Shown here: piece after piece, positions 47,148-58,907 of the stretch
Position numbering within the stretch: position 1 is the stretch's first letter
Layout of the letters: each line of letters starts with the position of its first letter
Assembly: GCA_051294375.1 (NCBI GenBank)
Contig: CM119268.1
Span: forward strand, 4,441,162 to 4,505,161
Origin: Paraspadella gotoi
Lineage: Eukaryota > Animalia > Chaetognatha
Direction of reading: 5' to 3'
Length of the DNA: 64,000 nucleotides
The notes under the pieces: model-generated
The model's input: the letters and a program-made list of their open reading frames with translations, nothing else
Database searches by the model: none
Told to the model about the DNA's origin: nothing
Translations under genes and position numbers: made by a program

Positions 47148-47560
47148 CTTTGTTTTGCCTTGCTTTTCTTAGCTTTGCTTTGCTTTGTTTTGCTTCGCTT
47201 TGTTTTTCTTTGTTTTGCTTTGCTTTGCTTGGTTTGGCTTTGATTTTTTTTTCCTAACCACTACTTTTTTTTCCTTTCCTTTCCTTTCCTTTCCTTCCTT
47301 TCCTTTCCTTTCCTTTCCTTTCCTTTCCTTTCCTTTCCTTTCCTTTCCTTTCCCTCTCTTTCCTTTCTCCTTATTTTCCTTCCAGTTCCTATTCCTATTC
47401 CTATTTCTATTCAGTTTCCCGTATTCTTTTTTCCCCTTTCTTTCCTTTTCTCTTTCTTTCCTTTCCTTTCTTTCCTTTCCTTTCTTTCCTTTCCTTTCCT
47501 TTCCTTTCCTTTCCTCTCCTTTTCTCTCTTCCTTTCCTTTCCTTTCCTTTCCTTTCTTTC
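47148..47560. repeat. (TTTGC)n grading into (TTTCC)n pentanucleotide repeats
   Basis: Direct reading; second copy at ~60895-61330. Confidence 0.9.
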
Positions 47561-48582
47561 TCTTTCCACCTTCTTCTCTCCTCATTTTTCCCTTCACAAG
47601 TTCCTCAGTCATCTTCCAAACGCCATTCCATTACCAATCCATTACCCGATTCTACTTCCGGTGCGGCGGAGACGACGACGACGACGACAGTGACGCATAC
47701 ATTTCCGCCGTCTTCGTCGTCTTCAAAGTTAAATCGTCGTCGGGATGTCGCAGTCATCATCTTCATCGTCGTCGTCATCATCGCCTTTGTCATTGTCGTC
47801 CTTTTCGTCGTCGCCGTCGTCACCGTCATCATTTTCATCATCATCATCATCGTTATCGTCGTCTTCATCGTCGTCGTCCCTCTCGTCTTGGTCGCAGTCA
47901 CGACAGGACTGACCCGGAGGCCGAGACTGTCGACCCCGACGCGAATTGCGCGACCCGAGTTTGGGAAGCTTGACTTCTCCCACTATCTCTCTCATCTATC
48001 TCGCTCTCTCTTTCTGTTGTTTCTCTCTCTTTCTCTCTCTCTCTCTATCTGTCTATCTACATCTTACCATCTTCTCAATATTTTTAGGTACTTATTCCTT
48101 CTATCTTTATCTCCTTTGTCCCTTTTCTTTTTTTCCATCTTTCCTCGCGTTTCTTTTTTTTTCTCCTTTTTCTCCCTTTTCTTTCCTCCTTTCTCCTTTT
48201 CCTTTCCTTTCTTTCCTCCGCTCTCCTCTCTTTCCTTTTTACATTTTCTCTTTTTTTCCTCCTTTCTCTTCCTGTTTTCTCCCATATCTTTGCTTCTATT
48301 TTCCTCCCGTTCCTCCTCTCTTTCCTCTTAATTTTCTTTCCTCCTTCTTTTCTTCTTTTTCCTTTCCTCCTTTCCTCCCTTTTATTCCTATCCTCCAAAC
48401 TTTCCTCTTTTTCCTTTCCTACTTTTCCTTTTTTTCCTCCTCCATTTCCTCTCTTTCCTTTCCTCTTTTTCCTTTCCTCTTTCCTTTCCTCTCTTTCATT
48501 TCTTCCTTTTTTTTCCTTTCCTCTATTTCTTATCCTTCCTTTCCTCCTCCTTTTCCTCTCTTTTCTTTCCTCCTTTCCTCTT

Positions 48583-49155
48583 TTACTTCCTTTTCTTTCC
48601 TCCATCTTCGCTCGAGAAAAAACAATTACGTTTCTCCTCGAGATCAACGTCGAGATTCGTGAAGAGATGTTCCGATCTGACAGAATCGAGTGACAGGGCA
48701 TCGAAGGAGATGGCATCGAAGGAGATGGCATCGAAGGAGATGGCATCGAAGGAGATCGCATCAAAGGAGATGGCATCGAGTAACAGGGCATCGAAAGAGA
48801 TGGCATCGAAGGAGATGGCATCAAAGGAGATTGCATCGAATGATATGGCATCAAAGAAGATGGCATCGAAGGAGATGGCATCGAAGGAGATGGCATCGAA
48901 AGAGATTGCATCAAAGGAGATTGCATCGAAGGAGATGGCATCGAAGGAGATGGCATCGAAGGAGATGGCATCGAAGGAGATTGCATCAAAGGAAATGGCA
49001 TCGAAGGAGATTGCATCGAAGGAAATGGCATCGAAGGAGATGGCATCGAAGGAGAAGGCATCGAGTAACAGGGAATCGAAGGAGATGGCATAGACGAGAG
49101 ATGGCGTAAAGGAAGATGACATAAATGATGGAGATTGCTCTGATGGATAGGGCAT
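48583..49155 (-). CDS. Candidate (DAISF)n pentapeptide-repeat protein or exon
   Basis: Recurrent unit variants are synonymous in this frame (ATC/ATT/ATA, GCC/GCA/GCG, TCC/TCT/TCA, TTC/TTT). The 5' end is uncertain because of indels. Confidence 0.4.
   Translation of the reverse strand: MPYPSEQSPSFMSSSFTPSLVYAISFDSLLLDAFSFDAISFDAISFDAISFDAISFDAISFDAISFDAISFDAISFDAISFDAISFDAISFDAISFDAIFFDAISFDAISFDAISFDAISFDALLLDAISFDAISFDAISFDAISFDAISFDALSLDSVRSEHLFTNLDVDLEEKRNCFFSSEDGGKKRK
48689..49091. repeat. 15-bp tandem repeat gagatggcatcgaag, ~26 units (noisier copy at 62433-62833)
   Basis: Direct reading, with three interrupting agt(a/g)acagg units. Confidence 0.95.
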
Positions 49156-49444
49156 TTATAGATATAAAACTGAAAGAGGTTATTTAGGAAGCGAGCGGGA
49201 TATTAAGGGAGTTGGCATTGAAAATAAAAGAATAGAGACGGCATCAAATATGCTTTGTAATACTACTAATGCTACATCTACTAATAGTACTAATATACTA
49301 CTGAAACTACTACTACTACTATCATGACTTCTACTACTAATATTCTTTTAAAAAAACTATATTTCATAAAGAGAATCTAATCATTTGCAGCCGTGTCCAC
49401 AAATTTGTAGACAAGCTCACAAACAGGCAGTCTCTCTCTCTCTC

Positions 49445-49490
<46 letters not shown>

Positions 49491-49627
49491 TCACACACAC
49501 ACAAAGCAAGACCCGTTTGACCCAGGCTCAAGAACCGAAATCGCTTTGTCCATTTTCTCTCTTCCTTTTAAGCTTAAAAAAGGGAACGAAGCCCGGTGCC
49601 CCTTCGCCCCCGCTGAAGAAAGAGAGA

Positions 49628-49686
<59 letters not shown>

Positions 49687-49797
49687 AGAGAGAGAGATAT
49701 GTACAACGCCCGCTTCTTCCGTCCATCATTTCCACATCCTACAACGTTTTTCCCTCATTGTCCTGTAAAAAAGAGAGAAGAGAGGAAGGATGAGAGG

Positions 49798-49799
<2 letters not shown>

Positions 49800-49847
<48 letters not shown>

Positions 49848-50730
49848 GGAGAAAGAAACGGGTCTAATCCGATAATGTCGTTTACCATGCCAACGGCCCG
49901 AGCTGAGCTCCCGGCGGAGAAACGCCGAGGTCCACAGCGATATGAGCAGCCCGGTCACGTGGTCGATTAAGCATTCGAATCCGGTTGAGAGGTCCGGGGT
50001 TGAGGCCGGTTCGGTTAAAGAGAGAGGAAGGCTTTGTGCTTGATTAGAAGAGGTGGCATTTGAGAGTGAGAGTATAAGAGAGCCCATTGTCATGGATAAC
50101 GATTATTACCATGACATTAAGGTACGTACGACGACGACGGACGACGACGATGTCAACGACGACCAAGACGATTAAGGTCGTGGAAAGCTATTTTATGATG
50201 GGAAAAAGACGACGACGACGACGACGACGACGATGTCAACTGACCGACCAGACGATTAAGGTCGTTGAAGCTATTTGATGATGGAGAAAAGACGACGAGA
50301 CGAACGACGATGTCAACGACGACCAAGGACCACTTAAGTCGTGAAAGCTATTTGATTGATGGGAGAAAAACGACGACGACGAACGACGAAGACGACTATC
50401 GACGACCTGATGCGTGCTGACTATTCCACGACGGGACGGAAAACCATTTTTCACCCGGCATTTCACGTAGAAGAAGCGGCCGGTGATTTTCGCAAATCAT
50501 TTACGTTCACCCCTTCATGTTCAAACCCATCTCACTCTTTCTCTCTTCTCTGTCCTTCTATCTTTCTCTGTCTCCTCTGCTTCTTTTCCTTCTCGCGGTT
50601 AACTTCTTAGTCACTCTGTCTATATTTCTCTCTTGTTTTTCTGTCGTGTTAGTCTTTCCTATTTCACTTTCGGTCTTTCTGTCTTCTGTCATTATTTCTT
50701 TCTGTTTCTTCTTTCTCTTCTCTCTCTCTA

Positions 50731-50771
<41 letters not shown>

Positions 50772-51706
50772 CTCTCTTACTTATTTTTTAAATTCATCTT
50801 TTTTCTAACTTAGGTCTGCACCCCTTTTTAATATTGTTCTTCGCATTTTTTTCATCATCGCCATTTTTTTTCCTTTTTACGCGGTCTTGCCTCCTTGTTC
50901 CCTTGTTCTCCTTGTTCTCCTTGCTCCTTCTCCTTGTTCTCCTTGTTCCCTTTCTATCGTCTCTCTTTTNNNNNNNNNNNNNNNNNNNNNNNNNAGAGAG
51001 AGAGAGAGAGCGGGAGAAAGAAACGGGTCTAATCCGATAATTGGTCGTTACCATGCCAACGGCCGAGCTGAGCTCCCGGCGGAGAAACGCCGAGGCCAAC
51101 AGCGATATGAGCAGCCGGTCACGTGGTCGATTAAGCATTCGAATCCGGTCTGAGAGGTCCGGGGTTCGAGGCCGGGTTCGGTTAAAGAGAGAGGAAGGCT
51201 TTGGTGAATAGGAAGAGGTGGCATTTTAGAGAGTGAGAGTATAAGAGAGCCCATTGTCATGATAACGATTATTACCATGACATAAGGTACGACGACGACG
51301 ACGACGACGACGATGTCAACGACGACCAAGACGATTAAGGTCGTGAAAGCTATTTGATGATGGGAGAAAAGACGACGACGACGACGACGAAGACGACTAC
51401 GACGACGATGACGATGCTGACTATCACGACGGACGAAAGAACCATTTTTCACCGGCATTCACGTAGAAGGAAGCGGCGGTGATTTTCGCAAATCATTTAC
51501 GGTTCACCCTTCATGTTCAACCCACTCACTCTTTCTCTCTTTCTCTGTCCTTCTATCTTTCTCTGTCTCTGCCTTCTTTTCCTCTCGCGGTTAACTCTTA
51601 GTCACTGTCTATATTTCTCTCTGTTTTTCTGTCGTGTAGTCTTTCCTATTCACTTTCGGTCTTTCTGTCTCTGTCATTATTTCTTTCTGTCTTCTCTCTC
51701 TCTCTC

Positions 51707-51780
<74 letters not shown>

Positions 51781-51960
51781 TCTCTCTTACTTTATTTTTA
51801 AATTCATCTTTTTTCTAACTTAGGTCTTGCACCCCTTTTTAATATTGTCTTCGCATTTTTTTCATCATCGCCATTTTTTTCCTTTTTACGCGGTCTTGCT
51901 CCTTGTTCCCCTTGTTCTCCTTGTTCTCCTTGTTCTCCTTGTTCTCCTTGTTCTCCTTGT
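49800..51960. repeat. ~1 kb tandem duplicate across the 25-N gap at 50970-50994
   Basis: 49800-50969 is a noisy copy of 50995-51960. It ends in a (CTCCTTGTT)n 9-mer tract. Confidence 0.9.
51113..51183 (+). pseudogene. tRNA-derived relic (SINE head or tRNA pseudogene); copies at ~49948 and ~63673
   Basis: agccggtcacgTGGTCGATTAAG (A-box-like) ... gagaggtccggGGTTCGAGGCCgggttcggtt (B-box/T-arm), about 71 nt, with weak acceptor-stem pairing. Confidence 0.5.
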
Positions 51961-52403
51961 TCTCTTATGCTCTTTCCATTCATTCTAGGCAGTGATTTCT
52001 ATCTAGGAATTTAGCAAAAAAACCACTTTTTTCAATATTGTTAGAATATTACCAACAAAAATGATTAAATTTTGACTCTAAGACAAAGTTGGCTAGACTA
52101 CGGATTAATTGAAATCCTCTACTGCATTTTCTAATTAAGAATCAATGACATTTTTGCTACTTTTAATAAAAAAATTATGTCCATTTTTGTCCATTTTGAC
52201 TTTTGTCTTGAGATTTGAATGCCAAGATCATTGAAGAAAATTTTTTTACTCTGGCTTTCGGGTCCTTCTTATCTTCTTTACCTCTGAGTTGGTTCATTTG
52301 ATGTTAATCATCTATTGTTTGCCTATGAATTAATTTTTAAATTGACTAGTCAAAAACTTCCATTTTTACATTTTATTACAATTTAAAACGAAAATACTTC
52401 AAA

Positions 52404-53520
52404 ATGTCCAAGCTGAGAAACATACTAAAGTTGACGAATTAAAAAAAACCTAAAAAAAGCCGCCCTTCTTTTATTGAAAGGGTAAGCTCAGCAGATTTAA
52501 CTTTCTCTCAATCGACAGCGTTTTTGCTGGAAAAATTTCCGCAAAAACTTCTGTCGATCTTTTTTAAATTTGCTTGGCAAGCCAAACTTCCGCTAAAATC
52601 ATAACTACCTAGATTTTTTTTCTTTACATTACATTTTAAAGTATTTTATACATCCAGATATGACCTATACTGAACTGCTAAAAATGATAGCCAAGTGAGG
52701 AATGAGAAAAAAATACTGGGAAGCAAAGAAGAATGTGCAGTGAAAAAAGATGAAAGAGGGAGGGAGAAAGAGTGAGGAAAGAAATTTAATATATGGTAGA
52801 GGGGGGAAACTGAGGAACCAATTGAGAGAAAAGAAAGCATCAAGGAACAGGGAGGACAGAAGAATCAGTAGAGGGAGAAGAAAAACAGAGATTTGAGAGG
52901 AGAGGAGAAATTAAAGGTTAAGGAAGAAAAAGAAGCGTGAACTGACACAGAGAAATATCGAGTGGACAGGAAAACCGTATGAAAAAGGGCGAGAGAAAGA
53001 AAAGACACAGATGAGAAGATTCCAAGATGAGAAAAATACGTGGATAAAAAAAAGCCGAAAACGCCTTTTAAAAATATACCGTGCTCATTGCTCTTGCCTA
53101 AGCCAGTACGTCTACTATCAGTAAAAAACGCAGATAGGATCATGCGAGTCACATCGCTTAATCTTTTAAAAGTGCCACTTACCATGAAACGCAACTCGTT
53201 TAGGTTCATCGTAATTATCGGCAGATACCAGCTAATTTAGAGGATTGTCGTTTCAAAAAAAAACCATCACTACCTCGTATACAAACCGAGATTAACAAAA
53301 TGTCTTTAAAACACCCTGGAACATACGATATTGTGTCAAAGAAAAAAGAAAAAGTGAAAATTCCAAACTCGGTTATCATTAAGCTATCTTCTCTGGTTCA
53401 CAACCTTTACCCCACGCTTTCATTCCTGGCGGTGTATCGTTACAAAATTTTTGCGTTTGTATAAGGGTGTCGAGGACCAGTTATTAACTCAATTAGAGAA
53501 ATTCCATATATCTTGTTTAT
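52404..53520 (+). CDS. Two frameshifted uncharacterised Polinton-type ORFs upstream of the integrase
   Basis: MSKLRNILK..RPSFIERVSSADLTF, then a charged region and LLLPKPVRLLSVKNADRIM...KIPNSVIIKL...IPGG. These resemble the accessory ORFs that often precede Polinton integrase. Confidence 0.35.
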
Positions 53521-53598
53521 CAAATACAAACAAAATTTCCTCTCTCCACTTTGAGGTTACTATTGATTCTTAATTTAAAGGATCCGGTACCGTAAGCA

Positions 53599-54363
53599 AT
53601 GTCATCTGCTCTCTATATATATACCTACATTATCTAAGACCATTCCGTTATTGTAGATTCTTTTTTTAATACTCATCTCGAAAAGAGCTCGTCAAGTAGA
53701 TAAAAAACGTGCAATGCTTGTTTAATATATTAAACCATTCCAGGAAAACGCATCTTATTCTCTTCGCTGCTTTGGGGAAATCAGTTAAGAATAAAGTATA
53801 CGCGACTATTGAAAACATATAAAAAAAAAATTATAAGACAGAAAAACAGATTATTTTATTCCAATGATAGAACTAAGGAATATAAAACTTAATATATATA
53901 AAAGAATTCAAAGGTCTATCATGGTATTTGTGTTTGAATAATTCCAAATGGTCAAACACAGAAAATCCAGATATTAACAAAACAACATCCTGCGCGTACT
54001 AACATCTACCCGTGTCTGTTTCTTACTTACCAGGAGCTGCTACCTCCTCCCATATAAAGCTAACTACTAAAACGTATACAATTACACCGGCAGGCAGCGC
54101 TCACCTACTTATTTAATTTTCTCCTCCCCAAAGACTCCGCTTGCCATTAAGCCATAATCTCATCTCAAAATACAGAGAAAAACGCTTCCCAATGTTGAAA
54201 AAGAGATCAAAAGAACTTTCGCGTGTTAATTTGGAGGGAGAGGAATCACAAACGCCAGGTGATAAACGTTTACATTTACTTTTTCTAATATAATACCCGG
54301 CACGAAGTCTACATTTACTAAACTCCTATTCTGCTCCTCTTTTATTCCATCCTTACTTCTGCA
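53599..54363 (+). CDS. Polinton retroviral-like (DDE) integrase, frameshifted, truncated by a gap
   Basis: LISKRARQVDKK..FQENASYSL; MIELRNIK..KEFKG/IMVFV..SKW; AS/NVEKEIKRTF/RVLIWR (E at 54197); YNTRH (54289-54303). These match the LykraK..YtlH, gykyilvvID.fSK, KAsivERfnRTlK and YNnxxH blocks in order. Confidence 0.65.
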
Positions 54364-54388
54364 NNNNNNNNNNNNNNNNNNNNNNNNN

Positions 54389-54393
54389 TGTCG

Positions 54394-54431
<38 letters not shown>

Positions 54432-54432
54432 A

Positions 54433-54463
<31 letters not shown>

Positions 54464-55747
54464 GCTCTCTCTCTCGCTCTCTCTCTTCTTTTTTTTGTCA
54501 TTTTGTCAGGAAGAAAAGGCATCAGCTGTTTTTCCGTTGAAGAGCGAAAACAAATTCCGTGCCTCTTCGCTAAATCGTCGTCGACGTCGTCGTGGTCGTC
54601 GTCTTCGTCTTCATAATCGTCATCGTCATTGTGCCTCTCTCGTCCTTCGTCTGTCAGTGAATCGAATTTTGTAAATTGCGTTTGAGAAGAAAAGAAAAAA
54701 AAGTAAATAAACAGAGGACGTCGTGGAAATTGCATAATTCGTCAACGCCGACTGCAACTGTTAGGGGGCGAATCCCTGCGTACCCCTAACGGTAGTTGAT
54801 GAGTGTGGGGTGACCAAAGGAGTGTCACTAAAAGTCAAGGCGTGGCAGAATGTCTCGTTCCAACCAGGGAATGATTTGATCACGGGCGGCCGTGCAGTGA
54901 CAGTGCACCCTGGAATCTACACTGTAATAAATCAGAAGAACCACACTAACCTATCAGTAACCCAACACTCTCCTATAATCATTAATAACTCATGATAGCT
55001 GGAAAGGAAAGACATTGAATAACAAATATCATCAATGAATAATAAATGAATAGACACGTGGTGAAACGTTTTATTTGTTAATGAATTAATATTCAAATGA
55101 ATAAAAGTCCAATGCATGAATCTTACGAAAGTTTCTTCCCGACACAACAAGACAACAACAAAGAACAAACGACGACGACGACAAAAATGAAACGAGAGCA
55201 AAATCACAACAAAGACGAACAAACAAAAACAACAATAAGAGGCGAGGCGATGGAACTTACCACGCGTCGCTTAGATTCTAAAAATAGAAGAAAAAGTGAG
55301 TTTTCGCTCGACTTTATGGAACTGGGTCATGGTTTTAAGATTCCTGGAGGGCGGCTTAGGGAGGCTGTAAGATAATTACTAGAATGGACATCATGACAAA
55401 TTTCTCCTGCTCTCTAACAAGCAAAACAATTTGGGGGGGGGGTAGGGAGCCCCTGTTCAGACATTACGTAATTATAAAATATGACTAAATTGTTTAATAA
55501 ACCAAAGCGAATAATGTGAATGATACTATGATTTTTCGTTAATTGTATTTCAAAAGCACATATATTTAAGATTTACTTAGCATTTTTTTAATGTTTAAAA
55601 CAATAAAAATGTTTCCGAGATGTCACGAGGGAAGCATTTAAAATATTTTCACTTAAAATCCGTACTCGGTCTTCAAGCTGAAAAAAAAACCATTTGGTTG
55701 TCAGGTTTTTGAAAAAAAAGTGGAGAAAAAATATATGAAAAGAGAAG

Positions 55748-55802
<55 letters not shown>

Positions 55803-55884
55803 GTAGAGAGAGAGAGGAGAGAGAGAGAGAAGAGAGAGAAAAGAGAGAGAAAGAGAGAGAGAGAGATAGAGAGAGGAGAGAGAG

Positions 55885-55916
<32 letters not shown>

Positions 55917-56608
55917 ACACAGCTTGGCATGAGTCAAGTTTAATGCGTCCAAAGGTCTCCAGCTTCACGGACAAACTTCAAGGTTGCTTCCGCGAGAACG
56001 ATTTTCAACTTGAGACTTCTAACCAAGCAATCATCGCTTTTAACATTAAAGCAAGTTATTCTTGTTTTTTTTTCACGAAAAAAAGATGAGGAAGTAGAAC
56101 CAAGACAGTTTGATTAAATTGTCAACTTTATCATAATTAATTAATTGTCCTAATTAAAGAATGTGATCGATGCCCTAAATTTTTATCGCTCGGATCATTA
56201 ACCTCAACTCGCAGAACCGCAATCGGAAAAAAATTGGCCGAGAAATTCTCGGTGACTGACCTGATTCGCCGAAATAATCGCCGCGTGATCGTGAGACTCG
56301 AGGGTAAGTTAGAGACGGGGCGACGAGTAAGGTAGTTGCGGACAGAATCGACGTGAAGTGAGATTTATTGATTTTGGGAGGAAAAATTTTTTGAAGCCAA
56401 AGTCGATGACAGGACGACGACGACGAAAGACGAAGACGACGACGCGACGACGAAAACGCTTGAGTACGACAATTTTGGTAGATGCTGAACAGGGGTGACG
56501 CCGAAACAATGATAACGGCGCTGACAATGACAGCGACGACAACCGAAAAACGAGAGTCCGCCTTCTCTCCGACCTTTGACCTCTGCCTGGTCTTTCTCCT
56601 AGATTGTT

Positions 56609-56705
<97 letters not shown>

Positions 56706-58858
56706 ACTCCCTTTGTTTCCCAATTGTACAAACCCAAGGAATTTTTCCTGCTTAAAGACTAACATTTGCTCTCGACTTTCGAAAACGATCACCCTGGTAT
56801 TGACCGTTCCACTTTTTTCATACGAATCACCCACTAAGCCTCAAAATCAACTGACTTCACTTTTTCCTCGCCTTTCTTTCTTTTTCCCTCTTTTTTCTTT
56901 TTCCCTCTTTTTTCCTTTTTCCCTCTTTTTCTTTTTCCCTTCCCTTTAACGACTGTCGGACGCGAGTGAATTTTTTTTCCCCCGGACAAAAGGTTCAAAT
57001 CACATTACCCTAGGTTTTTTTTTTCCCGTCGGTCGTACAACGAGAGAGACCGAACGACCGATTCAAACCACTCGATCAACTTTCGTCGAGGTGATTTTGA
57101 GGTGGGATGAGGAAGAGAGGAAAGGGTGGCTGGTGGCAGGTGGCAGGTGGAAGGGAGGTGGCAGGTGGCAGGTGGAATGGGGAAGTGGAAGGTGGAAGGT
57201 GGAAGTGAGGACGAAGCTATTCTTCCCTTCGAGACATTGAATGGTAAATGGAGTTTTGGGGGAATTAAAAGGGTTAAGAGGGATTAGGTAAGTTGGAGGT
57301 AAGTTAGAGGCACGAGTAAAAATATATAAGAGTTTAGAAAAGTTGGGCTGTTTTTTCCTTGCGGTTCCGTCTATTCGTCTTGTTTAAAAATTAAAGTGAG
57401 AATCGACAACAGTGATCAAGGGTACTGACTACTGAGGTTCTCACAAAGAGAGTGGGAGCTCCAGTGGGTTTTCTTGGAAGTTTAAGAAAGCCATGCAGCT
57501 GAGGGAGGCGTTGAGCCTTTGAAATTCGGGGCGTCCAAAACGGGATGGTGAGACTCACGGTAGCTATGGAAGTTGTGAGCTTCCTGGTGGCTAAGGAGTG
57601 ATAGAAGGTTAGGTGACAGTAGAATTGTGAAAATCATTTTGGATGTGAGGTAGATAAGAGCGAGAAGAAGTTGCGAGGGCTCTGGAGGCCAAAGGATGGA
57701 TTTTTCCAGTTCAGATGGACTATAGGAGAGATGCGAGGTTGACTGCGGCAGAGGGACGGGTAGGGCAAAGGAGGAAATTGTGAGGGTAAGGGGGTAAAAG
57801 TAGGTTGAGGGGTTGAGGAGGTTAAGGGGGCAAAGTGTCACTCGGTCGAATTCCGGACAACGAAACCGGATCTTTTTATGACCTTAACGACTCGGTCGCT
57901 TCGAGGGAGGGGAACTTAACTTGATGAGTGTCTCTCTCTCTCTCTCTCTCTTCTCTCATCTCTCTCTCTCTCTCTCTCTTCTTTCTCTCTCTCTCTCTCT
58001 CTCTCTTTTTGTCCTCTCTGTAATTTTCTCCTTTTTTCCCAATTCTGATTGGGCAATTTTCTCTTAAGCTTTCGCTTTTGTGTGATTGGCAAGAGAAATA
58101 GCTCGGTCCAAAGCTTGGCCCGAAGCAGGATTCTCATTTTCAACAAAGCTTTGGCTCTGAAATTCGAGGTTTTTACGAGAGTAAACAGTGATTCGAATAG
58201 AAGAAGTTCTATCTCTCTCTCTATCTTTTTCTCTCTCTCCCTCTCTCTTTTAATCGCCTTCCATTAAACCTGACCAACGAGTATGTCCCGGTTTTTAGGT
58301 TTCAAGATTTCTTATTAGGAAACTGATGACAAGGAAGATAAGAAACAAAGTAGTAAATCATTTAAGGAAAAACTCATGGATTTATAGTCGAAATCACACG
58401 ATGTTTATTCTGAGTAAATAAAGGTGACGGTAGAAGCACGAGGGAGTCTGAATCAATGCTACTGAAACTAAGAGAGAACTAATCTATTTATAACAGAAGA
58501 CAGGATCAGAGGCCCAGAGTGATTTGACAGCTCCATCGTTCTGCAAGCCTATTCGTTGGTTCCGGTTCCGTCTCGGCCATTCAGCCGTCAATAGAAAATT
58601 AGGTTAGGGATTAGAGTTAAGTTATTAAATTCCGGGATAAAGACAGAAAAGGAGCGTTCTGAGAAAAGAGTGCCCAAATGAAACCGCGAATTAGGTTAAA
58701 GCCCAAATTGTGGCCTCAAACAATTTTTTTTTTTCTTTTTTTCATTTTATCTAAATGAATGAATTAGTTTATGTCTGACCGATTTTGCAGAAAATGTCGA
58801 GGCGTGATGTTAATGAAGCAAGATGGAGAGAGTGAGAGAGAAGAGAGAGAGAGAGGTC

Positions 58859-58907
<49 letters not shown>

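Noticed and set aside
47729-47995. Asp-rich (biomineralisation-like) ORF, and the similar ORF at 34865-35074
   Set aside because: Explained by CpG decay of (GAC)n; no credible splice acceptor or signal peptide.
48659-49109. (EMASK)n, (RRRWH)n and (MPSPS)n readings of the 15-bp repeat
   Set aside because: Unit variants are more often non-synonymous in these frames than in DAISF. EMASK remains the runner-up.
53599-54363. Alternative reading as the N-terminus of protein-primed PolB with a C2H2 finger
   Set aside because: It needed more corrections, whereas the integrase blocks (ASNVEK..TF..IWR, YNTRH) fit in order and spacing.
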